The translations under genes and the position numbers were made by a program. The notes under the pieces are model-generated. The model saw nothing but the letters and a program-made list of their open reading frames with translations. It had not been told where the DNA came from and made no database searches. DNA of 64,000 bases from the NCBI GenBank assembly GCA_948441955.1, contig CAOJQZ010000003.1, positions 869 to 64,868 on the forward strand. The letters are read 5' to 3'. Each line of letters opens with the position of its first letter. Within the stretch, counting starts at the first letter, position 1. This document shows, one piece after another, positions 19,937 to 29,647 of the stretch. The DNA comes from an uncultured Lachnospiraceae bacterium (lineage in GTDB: Bacteria > Bacillota > Clostridia > Lachnospirales > Lachnospiraceae).

Positions 19937-20478
19937 TGAATTTACCAAATAAGCTGACAGTATTAAGAATAATTATGGTGCCCTTTTTTGTTTTTTTTAT
20001 GTTGACGGACACAGGGGGAAACGCGAACAAATGGATTGCACTTGTGATTTTTTGCATCGCAAGTCTTACGGACATGCTGGATGGAAAGATTGCAAGAGCA
20101 AGGAATCTTGTTACAAATTTTGGGAAATTTATGGATCCGCTGGCGGACAAACTTCTTGTTTGCTCAGCAATGATCTGTATGATCCCTTCCGAAAAGCTTG
20201 CGGCATGGTTTGTGATTGTAGTGATAGCAAGGGAATTTATTATCAGTGGCTTCCGTCTGGTGGCCTCAGATAATGGCATTGTAATTGCAGCAAGCTATTG
20301 GGGGAAATTTAAGACAGTATCCCAGATGGCGATGATTATTATATTGATTGCAGATTTCGGAGGAATATTTGATATGATTGGAACAGGATTAATCTGGGTA
20401 TCCTTAATATTGACCATTGTATCATTGATTGATTATGTTGCGAAAAATATACAGGTACTGACACAGGGAGGCATGTAA
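19936..20478 (+). CDS. pgsA: CDP-diacylglycerol--glycerol-3-phosphate phosphatidyltransferase
   Basis: MNLPNKLT, D.LDG.IAR...VT.FGKFMDPLADK. Confidence 0.95.
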   Translation: MNLPNKLTVLRIIMVPFFVFFMLTDTGGNANKWIALVIFCIASLTDMLDGKIARARNLVTNFGKFMDPLADKLLVCSAMICMIPSEKLAAWFVIVVIAREFIISGFRLVASDNGIVIAASYWGKFKTVSQMAMIIILIADFGGIFDMIGTGLIWVSLILTIVSLIDYVAKNIQVLTQGGM

Positions 20479-20481
20479 AAG

Positions 20482-21729
20482 ATGACAGTTGAACTATTGT
20501 CCGTAGGAACAGAGCTTCTGCTCGGGAATATTGTGAATACGAACGCCGCTTATCTGGCAGAGAAGTGCGCTGCTCTTGGATTATCCAGCTATTATCAGAG
20601 CGTGGTAGGAGATAATGAGGAGCGCCTCGAGGAGGCAGTAAGACTGGCCCTTGAGAGATCAGATATTGTGATATTAAGCGGAGGGCTGGGTCCCACAAAG
20701 GATGATATTACAAAAGAGGTTACAGCCCGCATATTTGGCAGGGAGCTGTATGAGGACTCACACACGAAGGAGCGTATTGCCGGATATTTCCGCCATATGA
20801 AGACCGCCAAAGTGACGGAGAATAACTGGAAACAGGCGCTGGTGCCCGAGGGGGCCGTTATAGTGGACAATCATAACGGGACCGCTCCGGGGCTGATTAT
20901 TGAAGGAGAAAAAAAGACTGCCATACTTCTGCCGGGACCGCCGAATGAACTAAAGCCTATGTTCGAGGAAACAATTGCTCCGTATCTGAACAGGCTGCAG
21001 CCAGAAGGAATCTATTCTAAAATGATCAAATTGTGCGGAATCGGAGAGAGCAAAGCAGAGACGATGATTGCAGACCTTATGGAGATACAGACGAATCCCA
21101 CAATCGCGCCGTATGCAAAGACAGGTGAAGTTCATCTGCGGGTGACAGCAAAGGCGGCGGATAAGAATGAGGCAGATAAGCTGATTCAGCCTGTGCTTGA
21201 AGACTTGTACAGACGTTTTGGAAATTTGATCTATACAGAAGAGGAAGAACTGAATCTGGAGGATGCAGTTGTAAATATTTTAGAGGAGAGAGGACTGACG
21301 CTCACAACAGCAGAATCCTGTACTGGCGGCAAATTGGCGGGAAGACTTGTAAATGTGGCGGGAGTCTCCGGCGTATTTAACGAGGGATACATCACCTATT
21401 CGGACGAAGCGAAAAACAAGCTTTTAGGCGTAAGCTGGGAGACATTGAAGGAATATGGCGCCGTGAGTTCTCAGACTGCCAGAGAGATGGCGGAAGGAGC
21501 AGCAAAGGAGGCAGGGGCGGATGCCGCCCTCAGTGTGACTGGAATTGCCGGACCGGCCGGCGGTACAGAGGAGAAACCGGCGGGGCTTGTATTTATAGGC
21601 TGCTATCTGAACGGACATACGCGTGTGGAGGAGTTTCATTTTACCGGAAACAGGGAGAAAAACCGTGATTATGCCGTAGTAAGAGCGCTCACTCTGCTTC
21701 GGGAGGAGCTTCTTGGGGACAGAGGATAG
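20482..21729 (+). CDS. cinA: Competence/damage-inducible protein CinA (MocF + PncC domains)
   Basis: VGTELLLG.I.NTN, GGLGPT.DD.T, AESCTGG, TGIAGP. Confidence 0.93.
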   Translation: MTVELLSVGTELLLGNIVNTNAAYLAEKCAALGLSSYYQSVVGDNEERLEEAVRLALERSDIVILSGGLGPTKDDITKEVTARIFGRELYEDSHTKERIAGYFRHMKTAKVTENNWKQALVPEGAVIVDNHNGTAPGLIIEGEKKTAILLPGPPNELKPMFEETIAPYLNRLQPEGIYSKMIKLCGIGESKAETMIADLMEIQTNPTIAPYAKTGEVHLRVTAKAADKNEADKLIQPVLEDLYRRFGNLIYTEEEELNLEDAVVNILEERGLTLTTAESCTGGKLAGRLVNVAGVSGVFNEGYITYSDEAKNKLLGVSWETLKEYGAVSSQTAREMAEGAAKEAGADAALSVTGIAGPAGGTEEKPAGLVFIGCYLNGHTRVEEFHFTGNREKNRDYAVVRALTLLREELLGDRG

Positions 21730-21759
21730 AGAGTCTTTAAAGAAAAAGGAGAGAGATAC

Positions 21760-23241
21760 GTGCAGGTAAGAGAATTAAGACGGCAGGAAATACTGCCGGC
21801 GCTTCATCTGATCTGGGAAGTGTTTATAAAGGATGTTGCACCTTCCTATACACCAGAAGGGATAGAAGAATTTCAAAGGACGATAAAGTACGGAACTATT
21901 CTTTCTATGTGTGAGAACAGAGAGATTACAATGTTCGGCGCATTTGAAGGAACAGAGCTTATCGGAACCATTTCGGTAAAAAATACCGGTCATATACTTC
22001 TGTTTTATGTAAGAAGCTCCTTCCAGGGGCAGGGAGCCGGAAGGCGGCTTTTTCAGACGGTATATAACTATTGCATCCATCAGCTTAAGGTCAGCCGTAT
22101 TACTGTAAATGCGGCGCCGAAAGCGGTGCCTAAATACATACGTATGGGGATGCATCCAGTAATGCCGGAGCAATACATAAGAGGAATGAGTTATACGCCA
22201 ATGGAAATGGCGTTAAGCGTACCGGCGAATGCCGTTTCAGATTCTTATATGTATCAGGGAGCGGCTTCACAGGAACGGCGGGCAGACTCTGGCAGGGCGC
22301 TTATAATCGCGGCGTCAGTTATTGCCGGTTTGTTTTTAATTTTGCTTTTGATCGCCTGCTTTACATTTGTTGTCATACAGAGCAGCCATATAAGATCTCG
22401 TGAAACGGAAAGATATGATGACGGATATTATGATGATTATGGCGGGTATGATGACGGTTATGACAATGATTATTATGACTATCCGGATGATGTAGAATAT
22501 CTTCAGGGACTGGACAGTGTTGCGGAAAAGATAGGAAACAATCTCTCCTATAATCTTGGAGAGGACAGCTACGATGTTTTAGATATGGAGAAACAAAATA
22601 CCAATATCGAATTTTCCGTGGAATTTCCTGTAATAGACGGCCTTGAAGAGGATGTAGAGGAAAAGGTCAACGTGCTTCTTAAGGAATGCGCTATGGAATC
22701 CGTAAAGGAGCTTTACCTGGAGCCTTCCGAGGAGCTGAAGGAAAAGGTAATCATGGCGGAATATCCTATGCTTACAAGTTTTGTGCGATATAAGGTCTGT
22801 TATGCATCGGAAGAGCTTTTAAGCGTGGCATTTGAGGATACAAGTTATCGCGGCAGCTATGAGGATTATACAGAAAATCTGCGTACGGTAAATATTAATC
22901 TGAGAAACGGCACCTTGTATCAGGTGAAGGATATTGTAGAGTTAGATGATGAATTCGTAGAGCTTTGGCTTGATAAAATGCGGGAGGATGAAAGAGATAA
23001 AAGGATATTTTCTGAACTCAGCAGAAGGGAGATAAAGGAAACCCTTGCCGGGAACAGTATGGACGGAGTATATGTAATAAATTTCTTCTTGGACAGAGAT
23101 GGAATTCATATTGGATATGATCTGAATTATAAAGAGGATTCTCTGAATTATACTGACTATGAATGGCTGCTGGTGTCCTTTAAGAAAAGCGAGATAGAAA
23201 AATATGCTTCCGGCAGTGAATTTTGGAATGATTGGCGTTAA
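21760..23241 (+). CDS. GNAT - transmembrane - DUF4163/DUF3298-like fusion protein
   Basis: N-terminal FYV..SFQGQGAGRRL; one long hydrophobic helix; Y/D-rich linker; VEFPVI.G...EEKVN, LLSVAF and TVNINL.NG motifs. Confidence 0.65.
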   Translation: MQVRELRRQEILPALHLIWEVFIKDVAPSYTPEGIEEFQRTIKYGTILSMCENREITMFGAFEGTELIGTISVKNTGHILLFYVRSSFQGQGAGRRLFQTVYNYCIHQLKVSRITVNAAPKAVPKYIRMGMHPVMPEQYIRGMSYTPMEMALSVPANAVSDSYMYQGAASQERRADSGRALIIAASVIAGLFLILLLIACFTFVVIQSSHIRSRETERYDDGYYDDYGGYDDGYDNDYYDYPDDVEYLQGLDSVAEKIGNNLSYNLGEDSYDVLDMEKQNTNIEFSVEFPVIDGLEEDVEEKVNVLLKECAMESVKELYLEPSEELKEKVIMAEYPMLTSFVRYKVCYASEELLSVAFEDTSYRGSYEDYTENLRTVNINLRNGTLYQVKDIVELDDEFVELWLDKMREDERDKRIFSELSRREIKETLAGNSMDGVYVINFFLDRDGIHIGYDLNYKEDSLNYTDYEWLLVSFKKSEIEKYASGSEFWNDWR

Positions 23242-23309
23242 AGTGGCGTTAAAAATGGGAAAGTAATAATTGACGAATATTTAATAATATGAGAAAATAA
23301 AGACGTATG

Positions 23310-23327
23310 GTGTTAAAGAAATAACAA
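23310..23327 (+). promoter_or_regulatory. Candidate Rex operator
   Basis: gTGTTAAagaaaTAACAA vs TTGTTAAnnnnTTAACAA (12/14), downstream of TTGACG-17-GAAAAT (23270-23298). Confidence 0.55.
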
Positions 23328-23351
23328 TACGTATTTGAAAGGAGTTTTAAA

Positions 23352-24044
23352 ATGATTTATTCACATGAAGTAGAAATGATGTGTCCGGTAGCTCAAGGTG
23401 CAAATCACGGACCGGCTCCGATTCCGGAAGAAGCAAAATGGGTAAAAGCAAAAGAGGTAAAGGACATTTCTGGTTTGACACACGGCATTGGCTGGTGTGC
23501 TCCGCAGCAGGGGACCTGCAAACTCACTTTGAACGTAAAAGACGGTATTATTCAGGAAGCATTGGTTGAGACGATTGGATGTTCAGGAATGACACATTCT
23601 GCTGCCATGGCGTCAGAGATTCTTCCGGGTAAGACAATTTTGGAGGCACTTAACACAGACCTTGTCTGTGATGCAATTAATACAGCTATGAGAGAATTAT
23701 TCCTGCAGATCGTATATGGAAGAACCCAGAGTGCATTTTCTGAGGACGGGCTTCCCATTGGCGCAGGACTTGAAGACCTTGGAAAGGGACTTCGTTCACA
23801 GGTTGGTACAATGTATGGAACGCTGGCGAAGGGTCCCCGTTATCTTGAGATGGCAGAAGGCTATGTAACAGGTATTGCTTTGGATGAGAATGATGAGATT
23901 ATCGGTTATCAGTTTGTAAGTCTTGGAAAGTTAACGGATTTTATCAAAGCAGGCGACACACCGAACGATGCATGGGAAAAGGCAAAGGGACAGTACGGAC
24001 GGGTTGCAGACGCAGCAAAGATTATTGATCCGCGTAAGGAGTAG
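23352..24044 (+). CDS. IscU/NifU-N-like scaffold-domain protein (partner of GGGtGRT protein)
   Basis: GWCAPQQG.CKLTL, ETIGCSGMTHS, LVCDA: three Cys in IscU-like spacing. Confidence 0.8.
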   Translation: MIYSHEVEMMCPVAQGANHGPAPIPEEAKWVKAKEVKDISGLTHGIGWCAPQQGTCKLTLNVKDGIIQEALVETIGCSGMTHSAAMASEILPGKTILEALNTDLVCDAINTAMRELFLQIVYGRTQSAFSEDGLPIGAGLEDLGKGLRSQVGTMYGTLAKGPRYLEMAEGYVTGIALDENDEIIGYQFVSLGKLTDFIKAGDTPNDAWEKAKGQYGRVADAAKIIDPRKE

Positions 24045-24091
24045 TGTAAATTAGTTATTACATAGTCACAAAATATCAGGAGGACAAGTAA

Positions 24092-25102
24092 ATGGCTTTA
24101 TTTGAATCGTATGAAAGAAGAATTGATAAAATCAATGAAGTATTAGGAAGCTATGGCATTGCTTCTATTGAAGAGGCTGAAAAGATTACAAAGGATGCCG
24201 GACTTGACGTATACAATCAGGTAAAGGGTATCCAGCCAATCTGTTTTGAAAATGCGTGCTGGGCATATACTGTTGGCGCGGCAATCGCAATTAAAAAAGG
24301 CTGCAAGACAGCGGCAGATGCCGCGGCAGCAATCGGAGAAGGACTTCAGGCATTCTGTATTCCGGGCTCTGTAGCTGATCAGAGAAAGGTAGGCCTTGGA
24401 CACGGCAATTTAGGAAAGATGCTTCTTGAGGAGGATACGGACTGCTTTGCGTTCCTTGCAGGACACGAATCCTTTGCTGCGGCAGAGGGAGCAATCGGTA
24501 TTGCAGAAAAGGCGAATAAGGTTCGCAAGAAACCTCTCCGGGTTATTCTTAACGGACTTGGAAAGGATGCGGCAAAGATTATTTCCAGAATTAACGGATT
24601 TACATATGTAGAGACAGAGTATGACTACTATACAGGAGAATTAAAAGAGGTTCAGAGAATCCCATACTCTGAAGGACTTCGTTCCAAAGTAAATTGTTAC
24701 GGTGCAAATGATGTGCGTGAGGGTGTTGCAATTATGCATAAGGAAGGCGTAGACGTGTCTATTACAGGTAATTCTACCAATCCGACACGTTTCCAGCATC
24801 CGGTTGCAGGTACCTACAAGAAGGAATGTATCGAGCAGGGTAAGAAGTACTTCTCCGTAGCATCCGGCGGCGGTACAGGGCGTACGCTTCACCCGGATAA
24901 CATGGCGGCAGGACCGGCTTCCTACGGTATGACAGACACCTTGGGACGCATGCATTCTGACGCACAGTTCGCAGGCTCCTCATCCGTACCGGCTCATGTT
25001 GAGATGATGGGTCTTATCGGGGCGGGCAATAACCCGATGGTAGGTATGACAGTAGCTGTTGCAGTTAGCATTGAGGAAGCTGCTAAGGCTGGAAAATTTT
25101 AA
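24092..25102 (+). CDS. GGGtGRT family protein
   Basis: Signature SVASGGGTGRTLHPDN. Confidence 0.9.
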   Translation: MALFESYERRIDKINEVLGSYGIASIEEAEKITKDAGLDVYNQVKGIQPICFENACWAYTVGAAIAIKKGCKTAADAAAAIGEGLQAFCIPGSVADQRKVGLGHGNLGKMLLEEDTDCFAFLAGHESFAAAEGAIGIAEKANKVRKKPLRVILNGLGKDAAKIISRINGFTYVETEYDYYTGELKEVQRIPYSEGLRSKVNCYGANDVREGVAIMHKEGVDVSITGNSTNPTRFQHPVAGTYKKECIEQGKKYFSVASGGGTGRTLHPDNMAAGPASYGMTDTLGRMHSDAQFAGSSSVPAHVEMMGLIGAGNNPMVGMTVAVAVSIEEAAKAGKF

Positions 25103-25119
25103 GAAATAGTGTGAAATCA

Positions 25120-25162
25120 AAGGCTGCCGCTGATATGAATTTTCAGCGGTAGCCTTTCATTT
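25120..25162 (+). terminator. Intrinsic terminator
   Basis: aaggctgccgctga...tcagcggtagcctt + ttcattt. Confidence 0.75.
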
Positions 25163-25216
25163 AAGCAATTTCTTCCGGAATAATGCTTATGAAATATAAA
25201 CAATTTTTGGTACTCC

Positions 25217-25243
25217 AAATTGTAAATTGTTGACAATTTACAA
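25217..25243. promoter_or_regulatory. Palindromic operator over -35 of pepT promoter
   Basis: TTGTAAATTGT-TG-ACAATTTACAA (11-2-11) containing TTGACA. Confidence 0.75.
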
Positions 25244-25306
25244 AATAGAAAAATAGATTTAAAATAGAATAGAAATGAACAAATCTATAGGAGGAAAAAT
25301 AACAAC

Positions 25307-26524
25307 ATGAGAGCCTACGAAAGATTTCTGAACTACGTTCCGGTATGGACAACGAGTGACGAAACAAGTGAGACGGTTCCTTCCGCTGCGAGGGAGCTTA
25401 AGCTGGCAGAGATGCTGGTGGAGGAAATGAAGGGGATTGGCATTTCTGATGCAAGGATGGATGACAAGGGATATGTATACGGGCATATTCCGGCAACCCC
25501 CGGCTATGAAGAGAAGCCTGTCCTGGGGTTAATTGCCCACATGGACACTGTAGCGGATGCCTCGGGAGAGAATATAAGTCCCCGTCTGATTGAGAATTAT
25601 GACGGAAAGGATGTAGTTCTTGGAGACAGCGGCAAGGTTTTAAGCGTGGAAGACTTCCCTTATTTACCGGAACTTAAGGGGAGAACTTTGATTGTCACAG
25701 ATGGAACGACCCTTCTTGGCGCGGATGATAAAGCCGGGATTGCAGAAATTCTGACAGCAGCAGATGAGGTTCTGAAAGGTGAAATGCCTCATGGCAGAAT
25801 CTGCATCGGCTTTACCCCTGATGAGGAAATTGCAAGAGGAGCAAAACACTTTGATGTGGAAGGCTTTGGAGCTGATTACGGGTATACCCTTGACGGAAGT
25901 AAGGAGGGAGAAATTCAGTATGAAAACTTCAACGCTTCTACAGCAATTTTCACAATACACGGAATCAGCGTACATACCGGTACGGCCAAGAATGTCCTGG
26001 TAAATGCACAGACGCTGGCCATGGAAATTCATCAGATGCTGCCGGAGAGTGAGCGCCCGGAGACTACGGAAGGCTATGAAGGCTTTTATCATCTGGTGAG
26101 TATTAACGGAACAGTGACCAATACAAAGATGAAGTATTTTATCAGGGATTTTGACCGTGAAAGCTTTGAAAAACGGGAAGAAAAACTGCGTGAAATTGCA
26201 GCGCTCATGAATGAGAAATATGGAGAGGGAAAGGTAGAGGTAGAGATTACCCAGTCCTACCGGAATATGAGAGAGGTTATAGAACCCTGTTATCATCTGA
26301 TTGACCGTGCCCTTAAAGCTACAAAGGCGGCCGGCGTAGAGCCGGATACGACGCCCATCCGCGGGGGCACGGACGGAGCAAGATTAAGCTTCAAGGGACT
26401 GCCCTGTCCGAATCTTGGGACAGGAGGCTATGCATTCCATGGTGTGTATGAGCATATTACTGTAGAGGGGATGGACCTTGCAGTGAAGATTGTGAAAGAT
26501 ATTATCAGGCAGTTTGCCGAATAA
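25307..26524 (+). CDS. pepT: Peptidase T (M20B tripeptidase)
   Basis: IAHMDT, LLGADDKAG, FTPDEEI, ENFNA, PIRGGTDG, H..YE. Confidence 0.93.
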   Translation: MRAYERFLNYVPVWTTSDETSETVPSAARELKLAEMLVEEMKGIGISDARMDDKGYVYGHIPATPGYEEKPVLGLIAHMDTVADASGENISPRLIENYDGKDVVLGDSGKVLSVEDFPYLPELKGRTLIVTDGTTLLGADDKAGIAEILTAADEVLKGEMPHGRICIGFTPDEEIARGAKHFDVEGFGADYGYTLDGSKEGEIQYENFNASTAIFTIHGISVHTGTAKNVLVNAQTLAMEIHQMLPESERPETTEGYEGFYHLVSINGTVTNTKMKYFIRDFDRESFEKREEKLREIAALMNEKYGEGKVEVEITQSYRNMREVIEPCYHLIDRALKATKAAGVEPDTTPIRGGTDGARLSFKGLPCPNLGTGGYAFHGVYEHITVEGMDLAVKIVKDIIRQFAE

Positions 26525-26548
26525 AAGTTTTTGCAGGAGGAAGTTCTT

Positions 26549-27982
26549 ATGAAGGATACAAAGAAAATCACATGGCTGGCGCTGGCTTTTATGGCGTTTT
26601 CAACAGTTTGGGGATTTGGAAATGTTTTAAACGGATTTATTTATTTTAACGGTATTCAGGTAATTTTAAGCTGGATATTGATGTTCGGTCTGTATTTTAT
26701 ACCATATGCACTGATGGTAGGAGAGCTTGGCTCCGCGTTTAAGAACAGCGGAGGCGGCGTAAACTCCTGGATTTATGAGACAACGACTCCGAAGCTTGCG
26801 TATTATGCAGGCTGGACTTACTGGGCATGTCACATTACTTACATAGCAAGTAAAGGAAGCGGAAGCCTGAAGGCTTTAAGCTGGGCGGTATTCCGCAACG
26901 CGGAAACCTATGATACATTTCCTACAATTGCAGTACAGCTTGCGACACTTGCGGTATTCCTGATCGGATGCTTTATTGCAAGCAAGGGATTAAACCCTCT
27001 TAAAAAGCTTTTATCCCTGGCAGGAACAAGTATGTTTGTGATGTCTATTCTTTACATTATCATGATGCTTGCAGCGCCGGCAATTAATCCGGGTGCAGAT
27101 TATGTTACCATGGATTTAAGTATTAAGAATCTGGTTCCTAATTTTAACGTAGCATATTTTACATCTCTGTCTATTCTTGTGTTTGCGGTAGGAGGATGTG
27201 AAAAAATTTCTCCGTATGTAAATAAAGTAGAGAATCCAAGCAAAGGTTTCCCGAAAGGAATCATTGCCATGGCGATCATGGTGCTTGTCTGTGCCATTTT
27301 GGGTACGGTGGCTATGGGCAAGATGTTTGACCCAGCTCTTATCAATGCAAGCGACGAGGCCTTTAATTCCTATGCGGCAAACGGCTCCTACTGGGCGTTC
27401 CAGAGGCTGGGTGAGTATTATCATCTGGGGGATACCTTCCTGGTTATCTACGCACTTTGTAATTTAATCAGCCAGTTTGCGATACTAATCTTAAGTATTG
27501 ACGCGCCGCTTCGTATGCTTCTGGAAAACGAGAAGACGAAGGAGTTTATCCCGTCTTCCATGCGTAAGCAGAATCAATACGGTGCGTATACGAATGGTAT
27601 TAAGCTGATTGTTGTGCTTGCAGGGGCGATTATTGTAATTCAGACCTTTATGCCGGGCGCAGCGGCAGTGCTCCAGCAGCTTACCAGACTGAATTCCGTA
27701 TGTATGCCGATGCGTTACCTCTGGGTATTTGTAGCATATCTTGCACTGCGTAAGGCTTATGACAGGATACCGGCAGAGTACCGTTTTGTGAAAAATCAGA
27801 AGGTAGCCATCTTTTTTGGCGGATGGTGCTTTTTTGTAACGGCGGCATGTTGTATTATGGGTATGTACAGCAAAGAACCTCTTACGCTTGCACTGAATAT
27901 TATTACACCGATTGTTCTTACAGCCCTTGGCCTTATCATGCCGAAGCTGGCGCAGCGGGAGAGGGCGCGCAACAATAAATAA
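26549..27982 (+). CDS. APC family amino acid permease
   Basis: About 12 hydrophobic segments; VWGFGN, ELGS...GG, FAVGGCE motifs. Confidence 0.85.
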   Translation: MKDTKKITWLALAFMAFSTVWGFGNVLNGFIYFNGIQVILSWILMFGLYFIPYALMVGELGSAFKNSGGGVNSWIYETTTPKLAYYAGWTYWACHITYIASKGSGSLKALSWAVFRNAETYDTFPTIAVQLATLAVFLIGCFIASKGLNPLKKLLSLAGTSMFVMSILYIIMMLAAPAINPGADYVTMDLSIKNLVPNFNVAYFTSLSILVFAVGGCEKISPYVNKVENPSKGFPKGIIAMAIMVLVCAILGTVAMGKMFDPALINASDEAFNSYAANGSYWAFQRLGEYYHLGDTFLVIYALCNLISQFAILILSIDAPLRMLLENEKTKEFIPSSMRKQNQYGAYTNGIKLIVVLAGAIIVIQTFMPGAAAVLQQLTRLNSVCMPMRYLWVFVAYLALRKAYDRIPAEYRFVKNQKVAIFFGGWCFFVTAACCIMGMYSKEPLTLALNIITPIVLTALGLIMPKLAQRERARNNK

Positions 27983-28007
27983 AAGAAAAAAGTCAGGAGG
28001 ATTTACC

Positions 28008-29336
28008 GTGGAAAAGATGACAGCAGATCTTGCAGCATTCATAAAGGGTGCGCCTACTGCGTTTCATGCAGTAGAACAAATTAGCAGCATTTTAAAGAAA
28101 GACGGATTTGAAGCATTAGAGGAAGGAAAGAAATGGAATCTTGAGCCGGGAAAGGGATACTTTGTTACAAGAAACGGTTCCAGCATTATTGCATTTAAAG
28201 CGGGAGAGGATCTTTCTGATTACAGCTTTCATGTAACAGCGTCCCACAGTGATTCGCCTGCTTTTAAACTCAAGGAAAATGCAGAGCTTAAGATAAACAA
28301 AAAGTATACTGTGCTGAACACGGAAGGGTATGGCGGAATGATCTGCTCCTCATGGTTTGACCGTCCCCTTTCCGTGGCGGGAAGAGCAATTGTAAAGACA
28401 GATAAGGGCATGGTGACAAAGCTTGTGAATCTGGACAGGGATCTTCTGATGATCCCCAATCTTGCGATTCATATGGATCGGACAGTGAATGAAGGCCATG
28501 CTTATAATAAGCAGAAGGACATGCTGCCTGTATTTGCAGGGGGAGCAAAGGAACAGGGAGCGGTTAAGAGTCTGGTTGCAGAGGAACTTCATGTGCCGGA
28601 AGACAGCATTTATGGAATGGATCTATTTTTATATAACCGGATGTCTCCAAGCGTATGGGGATGTGATAATGAATTTTTCTCCTGCCCCCAGTTGGATGAT
28701 CTGCAGTGCGCGTTTGCTTCTCTGATGGGCTTTCTGTCAGGAAGCTGCAGGAACAATGTAAATGTATATGCCTGCTTTGATAATGAAGAGGTAGGTTCAG
28801 GAACAAAACAGGGCGCAGGTTCCACATTCCTTTTTGACGTCCTCTTTAGAATCAACAGAGCCCTTGGAAAGGACGAGGAGGATTTTTACCGCGCAGTGTC
28901 AGACAGCTTTATGTTAAGCTGCGACAATGCCCATGCAGTGCATCCTAATTATAAAGAAAAAACCGATGAGACAAACTGCGTTTATATGAACGAGGGAATT
29001 GTGGTGAAGTCTCACGCCGGACAGAAATATACAAGCGATGCTTTCAGTATTGCTGTATTCAAGGCAATTTGTGAAAAGGCAGGCGTGCCGGTACAGTTTT
29101 TTGCAAACCGCTCTGATGCTGTAGGAGGCAGTACGCTTGGCAATATCGCCATGTCCCAGGTGTCTATGAATGCCGTGGATATCGGACTGCCGCAGCTTGC
29201 CATGCATTCTGCCTATGAAACCTGCGGAGTTAAGGATACGGAATACCTTATCAGGGCAGCCCAGGTTTTCTACAGCAGCCATTTGGAGAAAAAGGATGAG
29301 CATTTGGAAATATCAGTATTTTGTGGATGTCATTAA
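28008..29336 (+). CDS. M18 family aminopeptidase
   Basis: PTAFHA, HSDSP, YGG....WFDRPL, FDNEEVGS, DNAHAVHPNY, MHSAYE; GTG after AGGAGG. Confidence 0.92.
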   Translation: MEKMTADLAAFIKGAPTAFHAVEQISSILKKDGFEALEEGKKWNLEPGKGYFVTRNGSSIIAFKAGEDLSDYSFHVTASHSDSPAFKLKENAELKINKKYTVLNTEGYGGMICSSWFDRPLSVAGRAIVKTDKGMVTKLVNLDRDLLMIPNLAIHMDRTVNEGHAYNKQKDMLPVFAGGAKEQGAVKSLVAEELHVPEDSIYGMDLFLYNRMSPSVWGCDNEFFSCPQLDDLQCAFASLMGFLSGSCRNNVNVYACFDNEEVGSGTKQGAGSTFLFDVLFRINRALGKDEEDFYRAVSDSFMLSCDNAHAVHPNYKEKTDETNCVYMNEGIVVKSHAGQKYTSDAFSIAVFKAICEKAGVPVQFFANRSDAVGGSTLGNIAMSQVSMNAVDIGLPQLAMHSAYETCGVKDTEYLIRAAQVFYSSHLEKKDEHLEISVFCGCH

Positions 29337-29562
29337 TTTGGGAAGTTTTACAGAGGCCGGAAAAAAGAATTTTGTATCTCAGACTGCCATAAGCCAGCAG
29401 ATTTCGAAGCTGGAGAAAAATGTGGGCGGAAAGCTTATCAATCGGGGGAATGGAGAAGTGACGCCTACAGAGCTGGGGAAGCTTGTGTATAAAAGAGCAG
29501 TACAGATACTTGAGCTTGATGAACAGCTTATGAGAGAAATAAAGGAGATTGTCTGCAATTAA
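29296..29562 (+). CDS. Stand-alone LysR-type HTH protein (88 aa)
   Basis: YFVDV...GSFTEAG...VSQTAISQQISKLE...GKL..R....TPT..G; no effector domain. Confidence 0.7.
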   Translation: MSIWKYQYFVDVINLGSFTEAGKKNFVSQTAISQQISKLEKNVGGKLINRGNGEVTPTELGKLVYKRAVQILELDEQLMREIKEIVCN

Positions 29563-29647
29563 TAATGGACAAATGTACTATGTTGTTGCTATACTGATAT
29601 CGTATGGTTTTACAGATTAGAAATTTAGCAGAGTAAAGAGGTAAATA

